64,000 bases of DNA from a virus: positions 32,001 through 96,000 of the IMG/VR virus record IMGVR_UViG_3300020457_000004; one strand, given 5' to 3'. Positions 8,227-17,010 of the stretch are shown here, one piece after another (the first letter of the stretch is position 1; each line of letters opens with the position of its first letter). The notes beneath the pieces are model-generated. The model did not search any database. It had not been told where the DNA came from and was given only the letters and a program-made list of their open reading frames with translations. Made by a program: the position numbers and the translations under genes.

Positions 8227-9335
8227 CTTATTATATCTATTTTGTTAATTGTTTCAGAATTCCAGACTTCCAAATCTTTTCTTATTCTTCCATCTGAGAC
8301 CAAGTTGCTATATCTTTTGACGGCTTTCTTTTTCCACCAATCAATAACATTTTCTAGTTCAAACCTATCAAAGTTTTCTGCCTTCTCTAGTGTATTTGTT
8401 TTACCAAGAAGAACATCGCGTACATTCTTATATCCATACTCTGACATATAAAATCTTTTTTGTGTAGTCACATCGGTTGACTTCTTGATTACATCATCAA
8501 ACAACTCATATGCTTTCACATCATGTTCTTTTAGGTTTGCCTTGAGAACTTGAATCATCTTTGTTTGGTATTTAAGTTTTCTACTAGATGCACCCTTGTG
8601 AATAAGAACTTCACCACCATTCTTTTCTTCAAACCAATCGCGTAAATGAAAATAAATTTCTTCACCCATAGTTAGTAAGAATGATGACATGGTATCTCCT
8701 TTATATCTTAGGAACGGTCTCATACCATCGTACATACTAGCACCCTTTATGTTACCATATAAAGATGTAGTTTCAAACAAACAAAACTCTGTATTGTATT
8801 TCTTGTTCAACATCCTTCGTACTTCATGCGAACAACAAATGGCAGCCAATAACTTACCACCTAGATAATTAAATCCAAATGGTTGTACTGGAACTATATT
8901 AAACCCCATGATTGCCCTCTTGTTAAAGATAGGCAAGTCGGGGACACCACCAAGAAAATCATTCCTTGGTTTGGAGTTTATTAACGGTGACCCCAACTTG
9001 ATAAAACCAACTGCTGTGTTTGTATTCGTTTCTTTCACAATCAGTTTTAATTCTTTGCCTGGCGCTTGGTCTGGTGAAAAAGATGCAGTCATCTCTAGCA
9101 TCTGGTCAAACACCTCATTGTTCATTTGAACAACTGAAAAATTCATTTCTTCTGGATGCATATCCCAACTCTGAAACATATCATCCTCTACACTCATACC
9201 AAAGAGAGGCGGAGGCAATGCCTTCACTCTTTCGATTTTTCTCGCACGAAAGTAATCGTCAATCCTTTCAAACTTTGAAAAGTAATCAACAACTATCTTG
9301 CTAGCATATATGGTATCTTCTTTTGATAATATCAT
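8223..9335 (-). CDS. DUF4338 / DruA-like protein
   Basis: PGKELKLIV, GFIKLGSPLIN.KPRN, VPVQPFGFNYLGGKLLA, FETTSLYG, MYDG motifs of the phage DUF4338 family. Confidence 0.7.
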   Translation of the reverse strand: MILSKEDTIYASKIVVDYFSKFERIDDYFRARKIERVKALPPPLFGMSVEDDMFQSWDMHPEEMNFSVVQMNNEVFDQMLEMTASFSPDQAPGKELKLIVKETNTNTAVGFIKLGSPLINSKPRNDFLGGVPDLPIFNKRAIMGFNIVPVQPFGFNYLGGKLLAAICCSHEVRRMLNKKYNTEFCLFETTSLYGNIKGASMYDGMRPFLRYKGDTMSSFLLTMGEEIYFHLRDWFEEKNGGEVLIHKGASSRKLKYQTKMIQVLKANLKEHDVKAYELFDDVIKKSTDVTTQKRFYMSEYGYKNVRDVLLGKTNTLEKAENFDRFELENVIDWWKKKAVKRYSNLVSDGRIRKDLEVWNSETINKIDIIR

Positions 9336-9871
9336 GCGACATTCATAAACTCTGGTACATCGCGGTTAGTCCATTTAGCGAAACCTTTTTTCTCTTCTCT
9401 GTAATAGGTTCTGTATCCATCAAGAGCGTTGGACTGTTTACAATAATCTGGCATACATTGTGGTGGTTCATTCCAAGAACCATGTGGTATATTCTTTGGT
9501 GACTCAGATAACAATTCACGCAACTTGGAATCGGTCATGTGTATTCTACCATACCTGTATGTGTACTCATCACAAAGATTAGTAAACATGTTGTACATGT
9601 ATTGATACTGAGAATTGTTTTCACGAACCCATATAGCAGATGGGTGATTGATGTGTGACGCTTTGTATAAGACACCATCCATATTAGAATTGTCTAGTCG
9701 CCACCGTTTGATTTTCCTACCACTAGATGCGTCAATCCATTGTGTACCATCCAACATTCTGTGGGCGGTAGACAATAACTGAGCATACTCAATAACCATC
9801 TTCACGACATGTTTGTCGCAATGCATTTTTACTGATATGGTAGGGGTTTTATGTAAATAAAATATGTTCAT
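9332..9871 (-). CDS. pyrimidine-dimer DNA glycosylase / endonuclease V-like protein
   Basis: MNIFYL, HCDKHVVKM..EYAQLLSTAH, H.NHPS.IW.R, PPQCMPD, YR.YY..EK. Confidence 0.75.
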   Translation of the reverse strand: MNIFYLHKTPTISVKMHCDKHVVKMVIEYAQLLSTAHRMLDGTQWIDASSGRKIKRWRLDNSNMDGVLYKASHINHPSAIWVRENNSQYQYMYNMFTNLCDEYTYRYGRIHMTDSKLRELLSESPKNIPHGSWNEPPQCMPDYCKQSNALDGYRTYYREEKKGFAKWTNRDVPEFMNVA

Positions 9872-9909
9872 AATAAAGAAAACTCCAATTAAACTTTATA
9901 TAACTACAC

Positions 9910-9938
9910 ATTATACGCTATCTGCGGGCAAAAGTCAA
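9910..9938 (-). promoter_or_regulatory. sigma70-type early promoter of the denV-like to gp47 operon
   Basis: TTGACT-17 nt-TATAAT. Confidence 0.8.
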
Positions 9939-10540
9939 GTACTTTTTTCTGCATCTTTCAACTCTGGTATTTTCTCCTTTGCCATCTTCATTGCTTCCTT
10001 GTCATCCAGATATTTCGGACGCCTTTTAGGAACCTTCTTATCTTGTTCTGCGTACTGAGCATTATGTTTTTCCGCTTCATCGATTTGTTTTTTCATATAC
10101 TCTACGAATTCAGCAGAACCCCCATGACCTTCTTCGCCATCTATGATAGATTGCATGTCAATGTTCTGGATGTACTTGTACTTAGTGTCAAGTTGTTTCT
10201 TTTCTTTTTGTATCCTTCTTAGAAAAGCATAGTATGTAATCTGCGTGAAGTACGCAAATGGATTCTTTGACTTTTCTGGATTGAAGTTATCAATGTATGT
10301 GATACAGTTTTCTATACCATCCAAAATCATTTCTTCTCTGAATGTATAGTTTACGAAATTTGATTTGTATGCGAGGTGGTTTGCAATTTTTACAAAACAC
10401 TCTCCGATATACTCTGTGACACGCGGTTTATCTTTTCCTTTCTCTGCGGCCTCCAATACCGATTCTCGGTATGCAGTCATAGCAACAAGGAATTCTTTGT
10501 TGTTCACATAGTGTCGATTAGTTTCTGATTTCTTATTCAT
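9935..10540 (-). CDS. gp55: late-transcription sigma factor
   Basis: HYVNNKEF, YIGECF.KIA.HL, NF.NYTFREEMI.DGIEN, NPFAYFTQI.YYAFLRRIQKEKKQ. The track start at 10552 overlaps the -10 box, so 10540 is preferred. Confidence 0.96.
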   Translation of the reverse strand: MNKKSETNRHYVNNKEFLVAMTAYRESVLEAAEKGKDKPRVTEYIGECFVKIANHLAYKSNFVNYTFREEMILDGIENCITYIDNFNPEKSKNPFAYFTQITYYAFLRRIQKEKKQLDTKYKYIQNIDMQSIIDGEEGHGGSAEFVEYMKKQIDEAEKHNAQYAEQDKKVPKRRPKYLDDKEAMKMAKEKIPELKDAEKST

Positions 10541-10550
10541 AATGTTGTCC

Positions 10551-10579
10551 ATTCTATAATAAAGTTACGCAAAAGTCAA
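10551..10579 (-). promoter_or_regulatory. sigma70-type promoter for gp55
   Basis: TTGACT-17 nt-TAGAAT. Confidence 0.7.
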
Positions 10580-10601
10580 GCAAAAAAATAAAATATTTTT
10601 C

Positions 10602-10631
10602 TTGACAACTGCCCAAGGTTTCATGTATAAT
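10602..10631 (+). promoter_or_regulatory. sigma70-type promoter, divergent from gp55, with no downstream ORF
   Basis: TTGACA-18 nt-TATAAT, both hexamers perfect. Confidence 0.65.
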
Positions 10632-10636
10632 GAGTT

Positions 10637-10681
10637 GTCGTTTAAGGATAGCTATATCTAATGTAGTATCCTTTTCTTTTT
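10637..10681 (+). ncRNA. candidate small antisense RNA (~45 nt)
   Basis: Consensus promoter followed by a 13-bp hairpin (10644-10673; one G-U pair that only works on +, one bulge) and a T tract; overlaps the stop of the 10658..11068 gene. Confidence 0.35.
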
Positions 10682-11068
10682 ACCTATCAATTCGTCCACC
10701 ATTTCTTTAAGTGTTTCGTGGTCGAACATATCTTCTTCCTCATCATTTTCAAACTCCTCATCAATTGGTGGCGGGAGGTCGATTGGGTTGTTGAAATACC
10801 CATCTTTTAAATTTTCATATCCAGCGTGATACCCTTCACTTAGGGGCGCGATTGCGACTATATTATTTGTATTCACTTCAAAAACAGTTTCGTTAGAAAA
10901 TGACATCCACGGTCTTATTGAATAAGCTTCAGTTGTCATAGATACTGGCAATCTTAAAATTTCCATAGGATAGTGTAATGTTATCTTACCCAAAATTTCG
11001 GATTCTTCAACACTCGCTACTATCTGTAGCCCACTATCAAATACAATTATTTTTGGTTCGTTTGTCAT
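10658..11068 (-). CDS. conserved hypothetical protein (Sm-like fold likely) between uvsW and gp55
   Basis: I.V.F.SG..IVA, P.EI, PWM.FS....F pattern, acidic tail; conserved synteny. Confidence 0.65.
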   Translation of the reverse strand: MTNEPKIIVFDSGLQIVASVEESEILGKITLHYPMEILRLPVSMTTEAYSIRPWMSFSNETVFEVNTNNIVAIAPLSEGYHAGYENLKDGYFNNPIDLPPPIDEEFENDEEEDMFDHETLKEMVDELIGKKKRILH

Positions 11069-12549
11069 ATCTTTCCTTGTGAGTCTAGCTTCACTACTTT
11101 GTAATCAAAGGATTCTTCATTATACATTTTAATTCTTTCTAACAGGTGGTTCAGAGTATAATTTTTTCTCTGTTTCCATGAAAGGTCATCACCAATATCA
11201 AACAAATTACATTTTGTTTTTATTTCACTTTTCCGAAGTCCTCTTCCAATCGACTGTAGATTTCTAATTCTACTCTTACTTGGAGAGGCAAACACAATAT
11301 TATTAAGGTTCCTTATATTTATACCTGTAGAAAAGGTTCCGTAACTGGCAATGATGATTGTATTATCAGATTTTTCTGTTAATGACCTAATTTTTTCTCT
11401 TTGGTCTGTTTCTGTGCCACCAAATACAAAATGAACTGGGCGGTCTGTCATTTTAGATATTATATCATATAGTTTCTGACCATGTTTTTCTACATACTGA
11501 TATAATAAAAGAGTATTTCCCTTCTGTGCTACAGTTAGTTTACTTATAATATTATTTCTGCCCGCGTGTCCGACTATAAAATCCATCTCTTCTTTGTAAG
11601 GCATCTTAGATACAAGTTTTCTTTCCTCATCTGGATACTCCAACAACATACAGACAATTTTTAAGTCTGCAAGTTCTTTCTTATCCATTAGTTTTTTGGT
11701 ACTAGTAACCTTATATACCTTACCAAACACACCCTCTAAGACTAATCTATGCGTTTGTGTACCATCTAATGTACCAGTAGTACCTATTCTAAATCTGGCG
11801 TTCGTGCATTTATCCATGAGAGTCATCAAAGACTTTGCTTTGAATAGGTGTGCCTCGTCACCGTACACTACATCAAATTCTTCAAACCATTTCTTTGGAT
11901 ACTTGTAGATAGATTGCCATGTTGATATAACAATGTCCGCTTTGTTTGTTTTTTCTTTACCACCGTATATCCTATGACAGTACTTTGATACATCAAAACC
12001 ATTGTGTGTGGAGTAATCAGCGAAGTCTCCGTACATTTGTTCTACTAAACTGGTAGTAGGGACTACAATAAGTTGTTTTCGTCCTAAGGCGTGATGATAT
12101 CGCGCCAGATTGTATATTATGAGGGACTTACCACTAGCGGTAGGGGAAAGTAAAAGAGTCCTGCCACCGTTGATTGCATCGAATACAGCGTCTTGTTGAT
12201 AGTCTCTTATCTGAATAGGTTTCCAGTTACTATGAAGTTTTAATTTACTGGCGAATTCTTTGACCTCATCGCGTGACATCTCCTCGCCAATCTCACCCAT
12301 CTCCAACTTGACTTCATACTCAAGTTGTTTTGCAAATTCTAATAGGTAAGGCAAAAGACCAACATATAGTTCTCGTCTGGATAGATTGTATAAACGAATC
12401 TTCCCATCCCAATGTCGGTTCCTATATGAAGGCATAAATGAGGCGCCAGGCACCTCAAAGGTAAAGAAATCTGATATCTCTTTTGTTATACCCTCATCGG
12501 AAGCTTCCACATACATATGCACATGGTCTTTCTGTTTGACAAATATCAT
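11065..12549 (-). CDS. uvsW: UvsW DNA helicase
   Basis: WDGKIRL, IRDYQ, SPTASGKS, GDEAH, GTTGT, YGTFSTGINI, LQSIGRGLR; start at 12549 gives an ATGA overlap with uvsY. Confidence 0.96.
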   Translation of the reverse strand: MIFVKQKDHVHMYVEASDEGITKEISDFFTFEVPGASFMPSYRNRHWDGKIRLYNLSRRELYVGLLPYLLEFAKQLEYEVKLEMGEIGEEMSRDEVKEFASKLKLHSNWKPIQIRDYQQDAVFDAINGGRTLLLSPTASGKSLIIYNLARYHHALGRKQLIVVPTTSLVEQMYGDFADYSTHNGFDVSKYCHRIYGGKEKTNKADIVISTWQSIYKYPKKWFEEFDVVYGDEAHLFKAKSLMTLMDKCTNARFRIGTTGTLDGTQTHRLVLEGVFGKVYKVTSTKKLMDKKELADLKIVCMLLEYPDEERKLVSKMPYKEEMDFIVGHAGRNNIISKLTVAQKGNTLLLYQYVEKHGQKLYDIISKMTDRPVHFVFGGTETDQREKIRSLTEKSDNTIIIASYGTFSTGINIRNLNNIVFASPSKSRIRNLQSIGRGLRKSEIKTKCNLFDIGDDLSWKQRKNYTLNHLLERIKMYNEESFDYKVVKLDSQGKI

Positions 12550-12989
12550 AGTAGGCCAGATTGTGTCTTGTTCCATTCAACAGCATTTTTGATGTCCCAA
12601 GTCCTCGAATTTAAACTACGCAATACCCTGTCCAAAAAATCTACTGTTGTTTCTAAGTACCAAATTTTATCTTGTTGTTTTATAATATCCCCATCTCCAT
12701 CTAGTACTGCTCTCATGTCAGATTTGAGTACGGAATTTTTATACCAAGGTTCCCAACCAAGTTGGTCAAGTTCCTCTTTGGATAATTCTCCACGAAAGTA
12801 TTCTGACTTAACTCTTTCAAGTCTTGCCAAGTCCGCCTGTGCTTTTCTTAATTGTAATTTAAAGTTAGCAAGGTGAGTTACATATTTTGCGTGAAGATTT
12901 GGTGTACCTATAGATTCGGCACCAAGGTCAAGTTCATCGATTTTACAATCTTCAGCCCACATATCTTGAAGTTCGTTCAATGTAGCCAT
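12546..12989 (-). CDS. uvsY: UvsY recombination mediator
   Basis: W.EDCKID..L..ES...P.LHAKY, EYF.G, R.WDIKNAVEW. Confidence 0.92.
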   Translation of the reverse strand: MATLNELQDMWAEDCKIDELDLGAESIGTPNLHAKYVTHLANFKLQLRKAQADLARLERVKSEYFRGELSKEELDQLGWEPWYKNSVLKSDMRAVLDGDGDIIKQQDKIWYLETTVDFLDRVLRSLNSRTWDIKNAVEWNKTQSGLL

Positions 12990-13005
12990 AATATATCCTT
13001 CAATG

Positions 13006-13593
13006 TTAAGTTACAGATTTAATATTAAATATCCTATATTTAAAAGATGCAAGTCCAACAAAGTATGGTGAGTCTCCACCAGATATGTCAAAGTCTAATC
13101 CACTCAATGCAATTGGAAAAGCATCTTTGAATAAAATTTCTTGATTTGGATTATTGTTAGAGTCGAGTACAAACAAACTCGCGTCACTAACTTGTCCAAT
13201 TGATTCTTGTTTAGCTGTTCTTTGTCCACCAGTTCTCCATTGTTGAGACTTAACAAACTCAGTAAACTGAGAATGTTTCTCTGGGAACCCTAGTCCAACT
13301 AACCAGTTATACAGTTCGATATAGTTTGTCATATCTTCTTGTATTAGGAATCTTATATTTAGGTCACCAAAAGTAATCTTATCGCCTGGAAATGGTATAT
13401 CCTGTAGCGGTGTAGTTTGTACTGGGAAACCAATAGTCATGTCTGGAATATTTGCACCTTGACAAAAGAACGCGACATTAGGAAGATTATGGACTTGGAA
13501 CTTAAACCCATTGGGTCTAAGATAGTCAAGTTCCGTCCCCGATTGAGCGGCGAAATTACCTTCTGATACATTTGGTGTTACTGTAAATGCCAT
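13006..13593 (-). CDS. gp3: tail completion / sheath stabilizer
   Basis: YLRPNGFKF, FFCQ.ANIP, PGDKI.FGDL..RFL..EDM.NY.ELYNW, DASL.VL.SNNNP, F.DAFP..LSGL.F. Confidence 0.9.
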   Translation of the reverse strand: MAFTVTPNVSEGNFAAQSGTELDYLRPNGFKFQVHNLPNVAFFCQGANIPDMTIGFPVQTTPLQDIPFPGDKITFGDLNIRFLIQEDMTNYIELYNWLVGLGFPEKHSQFTEFVKSQQWRTGGQRTAKQESIGQVSDASLFVLDSNNNPNQEILFKDAFPIALSGLDFDISGGDSPYFVGLASFKYRIFNIKSVT

Positions 13594-13617
13594 GGTTTTA
13601 AACCTAAAATGATTAAT

Positions 13618-13646
13618 ATTATACTGCTATTTATAACAAATGTCAA
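13618..13646 (-). promoter_or_regulatory. nested sigma70 promoter plus gp55 late promoter for gp3-uvsY-uvsW
   Basis: TTGACA-17-TATAAT with TATAAATA (13635-13628) inside the spacer. Confidence 0.75.
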
Positions 13647-13649
13647 GCG

Positions 13650-13676
13650 AAAAAAAAGGGAGTCTTGCGACTCCCT
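13650..13676 (-). terminator. intrinsic terminator after major capsid gene
   Basis: AGGGAGTC-GCAA-GACTCCCT stem with GNRA loop, followed by a T run. Confidence 0.92.
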
Positions 13677-13720
13677 CTAAAACTGTTGTTTTTACTGGTT
13701 GGTTGTCCCAACTCTTATTG

Positions 13721-14986
13721 TTACATAAGGTTAGTAACTTTAACAGACCTGTAGTACTGGTTTCTATCAGCAGTAAATGTGTCTGCATCTGTAGTACCGT
13801 CAGATTGTGTTACATATGGGTTAGCAATCATACCATATCTAGTTTTGAAACCGATTTTCGGTTGGAAAGTAGATGGGTCAATCGCACGAACCATTTGTAA
13901 AGGTACATACGGACAGTAGAACAGACCAGCGTCATAAGGTGAAGTTCCTTTATAACCGGCAACATAGAACTGAGAAGCAGCACCTGTGTTAGCAGAATAA
14001 GGGTCAACATACACTCTGTAGCGTCCGTTAAGAACACCAGCGAAAGTGTTACCTGTGTCATCGACATTAAGATTAGTGTCAAGAGCAGGAGCGTAATCTA
14101 ATACACCAGCCATTGAAAGTGCAGAGGCAACATCTGAAGAACAGATGATGAAGTTACCTTTTCCTCTACGAGTATCTTGAGCGATAACATTAGCATCTCG
14201 TTCAATGTTGAACAAGAGACCCTTGAACCTTTCTACAGACCAACGACCATTTGAATCAACATCAAGGTCGAAAGTACCAGCAGATGCAGTCGAAGCAGCA
14301 CCTGTCTTAGCAACTTTGTAGATAGTTCTAATTACTTCTCGGTTAATCTCAGCGAGAATTTCCTGTGACAGAATGTTTGATAATTCTGACTCAGCGTCAA
14401 GACCGTGAACTGCTTTAAGGTCTTGAGCAAGTTCCACAGTATATTCTGCTTTTAATGCCCTTGACTTAGCGGTTACAGTTGTCTTCTCGATTGAGAATGC
14501 CATTTGGTTCAAAGTAACTGTGTCACCGAACAATTCTGCATTGTCTCTAGTTACACCAGTACCAGTTGTGTATGAACCGTCAACTGGATTCGACCCAGCG
14601 TGAGTACCTGTACCAGCAAAGTCAGTATCAGCCTCATTGTACAGAGCTTCTGTACCTGTTTGAGAGGTGTAGTGTGACTTCATGGCAAAGATAAGACCTG
14701 TTGGGCCTGTCATAGGTTGAACACCACAGACATCATACGCCATCAAATTAGGAAGAGCTCGTCTTACTAATGAGATAAGGATGGGGTCATAAGTGTCAAT
14801 CGCAGATGACATATTATTTGCGTGAACTGCTTCAGAGATTATTGATTTCTCTTCTTGCAATGCCTTTTCTTGGTTTTCAAGAATTACAGCAGTTACCGCT
14901 TTACGATAACTATCCTTGATTTCGCCAAGGTCGGGGTGATCCAATACTGGACTCCACTTTTTTTGGATTTCTTCTGAAAGATACAT
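13721..14986 (-). CDS. gp23: major capsid protein
   Basis: KWSPVLDH, DPILISLVRR..PNL.AYDVCGVQPMTGPTGLIFAM, KSRALKAEYT.ELAQDLKAVHGLDAE, FQPKIGFKTRYG. Confidence 0.98.
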   Translation of the reverse strand: MYLSEEIQKKWSPVLDHPDLGEIKDSYRKAVTAVILENQEKALQEEKSIISEAVHANNMSSAIDTYDPILISLVRRALPNLMAYDVCGVQPMTGPTGLIFAMKSHYTSQTGTEALYNEADTDFAGTGTHAGSNPVDGSYTTGTGVTRDNAELFGDTVTLNQMAFSIEKTTVTAKSRALKAEYTVELAQDLKAVHGLDAESELSNILSQEILAEINREVIRTIYKVAKTGAASTASAGTFDLDVDSNGRWSVERFKGLLFNIERDANVIAQDTRRGKGNFIICSSDVASALSMAGVLDYAPALDTNLNVDDTGNTFAGVLNGRYRVYVDPYSANTGAASQFYVAGYKGTSPYDAGLFYCPYVPLQMVRAIDPSTFQPKIGFKTRYGMIANPYVTQSDGTTDADTFTADRNQYYRSVKVTNLM

Positions 14987-15028
14987 TGTAGTCTCCTATT
15001 TTCTTTCTGGTTATTTACCTATTGGTAT

Positions 15029-15036
15029 TATTTATA
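15029..15036 (-). promoter_or_regulatory. T4-type late promoter for gp23
   Basis: TATAAATA in the gp22-gp23 gap. Confidence 0.85.
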
Positions 15037-15042
15037 ATAAAC

Positions 15043-16305
15043 TTATTTTTTAAGTTGTCTGGAAATCGCCTGAGCGTACTTGTTAACTGTACTACCTTCG
15101 TCAAGCATTGCCTCTGGAACTGTGTCAGTCATCGGTTCTGGTGACTCTTCAGTTAAGGTTTCTTGTTTAGGAAAGTAATTCTCTTTAACGACTGATACTT
15201 TTTCAGCGAACATCTCCGCACTTCCAAAGTCAACATCCTCAACTAGAGATGTAAGTTTCTCTTGTTCAGTAAGTGTTAAATCTTCGGAAATCTCACCAAT
15301 GATTTTAGAACGCATTAGCGATTCCCTATCAGTAGTAAGATTAATTTGTGCTTCCACAGACTCATTGAGTTTCTTTTTGAGTTCCTCAATTTCGTCTTGC
15401 ATTTCGCCAAGTACATCGTACTTGTCTTGTGGAACTTCGATGTAATGTTCAGCGAAAACTTGTTTCAGAGACTTAATAAAGTCTTCTGTAATTTCAGTCC
15501 TAAGACCACGCTCAATAGCAAGCTCGTTCTCTTTCATCCAGTTTTCAGCAACATAGTTAAGATATTGGTCAATTTTACCAACCATCTCTTCCTTGAAAGT
15601 TTCTCTTTCAATATTAGACTGTTCTTCTAGTTCTTTCTGAATGGTTTCCATTTCATTAGCGAGTCTTGCGGTGACTACTGTTTCAAATAATTCAGCAGCC
15701 TTTACTTTAAACTCTTCTGAGAGGTGTTCCTCATCAGCGAAAAGGTTTTGAATGTCATTTTCAAACAAAGTTTCTTCTTGTTCTTCTGTTTCTGACACTT
15801 CTGTGTCCTCCTCTTCTTCTGATTCGACTTCTTCTACTTCAGACTCAGAGACAACTTCTTCTTCGTTATCTACTTCATCTTCAGCGATTACTTCATCCTC
15901 TTCTATCTCTTCTTCTTCTGAAACTTTCTGGTTACGAATACCTTCAGAAGATTTCTGAGCAACTACAGATGCGGTGTCTTCACCACCTTCGTAGTTTGGT
16001 GCCTGACCAGCGCCTGAGTTAGCAGGCCTTGGTGAATCACCTATTTTTGATGCGGAAGCGGGGCCAATAGCAGATGTTAAACCACCATGCTTGTCTCCAG
16101 TTCCACTAAGGTCTTGAATTTCTGGATTAGGATTTGAGTTCCCTTGAGTTGGATTTACTTTATGCCCATCTGTTGCATTTGGCCTCAGATTGTTAGCAAC
16201 TCCACCCCTAGACTCCTCGTCCAGTTCTTGAGTCTCCTCGTTAAGAGCGGATTCTACTTCCTTACCCTTAGCGAGCATTTCTCTTATTTTGCTTTCTACG
16301 CCCAT
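15043..16305 (-). CDS. gp22: prohead core scaffold protein
   Basis: LSEEFK.KA..LFE, YL.YVAE.WMKEN.LAIE.GLRTEI.EDF...LK..F.EHYI.VP; long acidic N-terminal extension. Confidence 0.92.
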   Translation of the reverse strand: MGVESKIREMLAKGKEVESALNEETQELDEESRGGVANNLRPNATDGHKVNPTQGNSNPNPEIQDLSGTGDKHGGLTSAIGPASASKIGDSPRPANSGAGQAPNYEGGEDTASVVAQKSSEGIRNQKVSEEEEIEEDEVIAEDEVDNEEEVVSESEVEEVESEEEEDTEVSETEEQEETLFENDIQNLFADEEHLSEEFKVKAAELFETVVTARLANEMETIQKELEEQSNIERETFKEEMVGKIDQYLNYVAENWMKENELAIERGLRTEITEDFIKSLKQVFAEHYIEVPQDKYDVLGEMQDEIEELKKKLNESVEAQINLTTDRESLMRSKIIGEISEDLTLTEQEKLTSLVEDVDFGSAEMFAEKVSVVKENYFPKQETLTEESPEPMTDTVPEAMLDEGSTVNKYAQAISRQLKK

Positions 16306-16342
16306 GTTAATTTCTCCTTTGAGATTTGCGTTATACTGTATT

Positions 16343-16350
16343 TATTTATA
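16343..16350 (-). promoter_or_regulatory. late promoter for gp22
   Basis: TATAAATA. Confidence 0.8.
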
Positions 16351-16355
16351 AATCT

Positions 16356-17009
16356 TTAGATTTTTGACAACTTATCCATGAATGAACTGAACACTTCCAT
16401 CTTCGCTTCCTCTAGTTCACGAGAACCAGCCTTCTTAATTCGCCTTACAGCCAAGTCTATGTCCTGTTCCATCCATGTTCCTTCAACCATTACCCACTCT
16501 TTGTGTTCCATAATACCCCTTACAAAGGCATCTGGAGCGGATGGGTCTGCGACTATATCAGCAGCAGTTGAAAGTACAAAGTCATCTTGAACCTCGTTTA
16601 TGCCATTCTTTTCTTTTAAAGTTCCGAGTCCTCTGGAACTCACACCAAGGGAGGCACCTTCGTCAATAAGGTTCTTTACGATATTTCCCATAGGTGTATC
16701 AAGAATTTTTGCTTTTCCAATATAATTGGAACCATCTTCTTTCAAAGAAGTTATCATGTGCGATACACGATCTAAATTGATTGTAGGGCCATCTGGATGT
16801 CCTAACTCACCCATCGCCCTTTTCTTCTTAATGCTTTCTTTAACATAACGGTTTACTTCCCTTTGCATAATTTCGCGTGGGTATACTCTACCGTTCCTGT
16901 TTTTAAGGTCAGATTGGAGAAAGACACCTTCAATAAAAAGGTTTGTCTTACCGTTACTTTCTTCTTTGATATATTGAATATCTTCTGTTGTTTCTGTTAT
17001 AAGTTTCAT
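16356..17009 (-). CDS. gp21: prohead core protease
   Basis: IEGVFLQ...KNRNGRVYP, GELGHP.GP.INL.RVSH, GVSSRGLG, ADIVADPSAPDAFV. Confidence 0.96.
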   Translation of the reverse strand: MKLITETTEDIQYIKEESNGKTNLFIEGVFLQSDLKNRNGRVYPREIMQREVNRYVKESIKKKRAMGELGHPDGPTINLDRVSHMITSLKEDGSNYIGKAKILDTPMGNIVKNLIDEGASLGVSSRGLGTLKEKNGINEVQDDFVLSTAADIVADPSAPDAFVRGIMEHKEWVMVEGTWMEQDIDLAVRRIKKAGSRELEEAKMEVFSSFMDKLSKI

Positions 17010-17010
17010 A

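Noticed and set aside
13721-14986. Absence of gp24, hoc and soc beside gp23
   Set aside because: Common among marine T4-like phages, and they could lie outside the window
15750-15930. Low-complexity TCT/TTC-rich tract
   Set aside because: Encodes the Glu-rich linker of scaffold gp22, normal for T4-like phages
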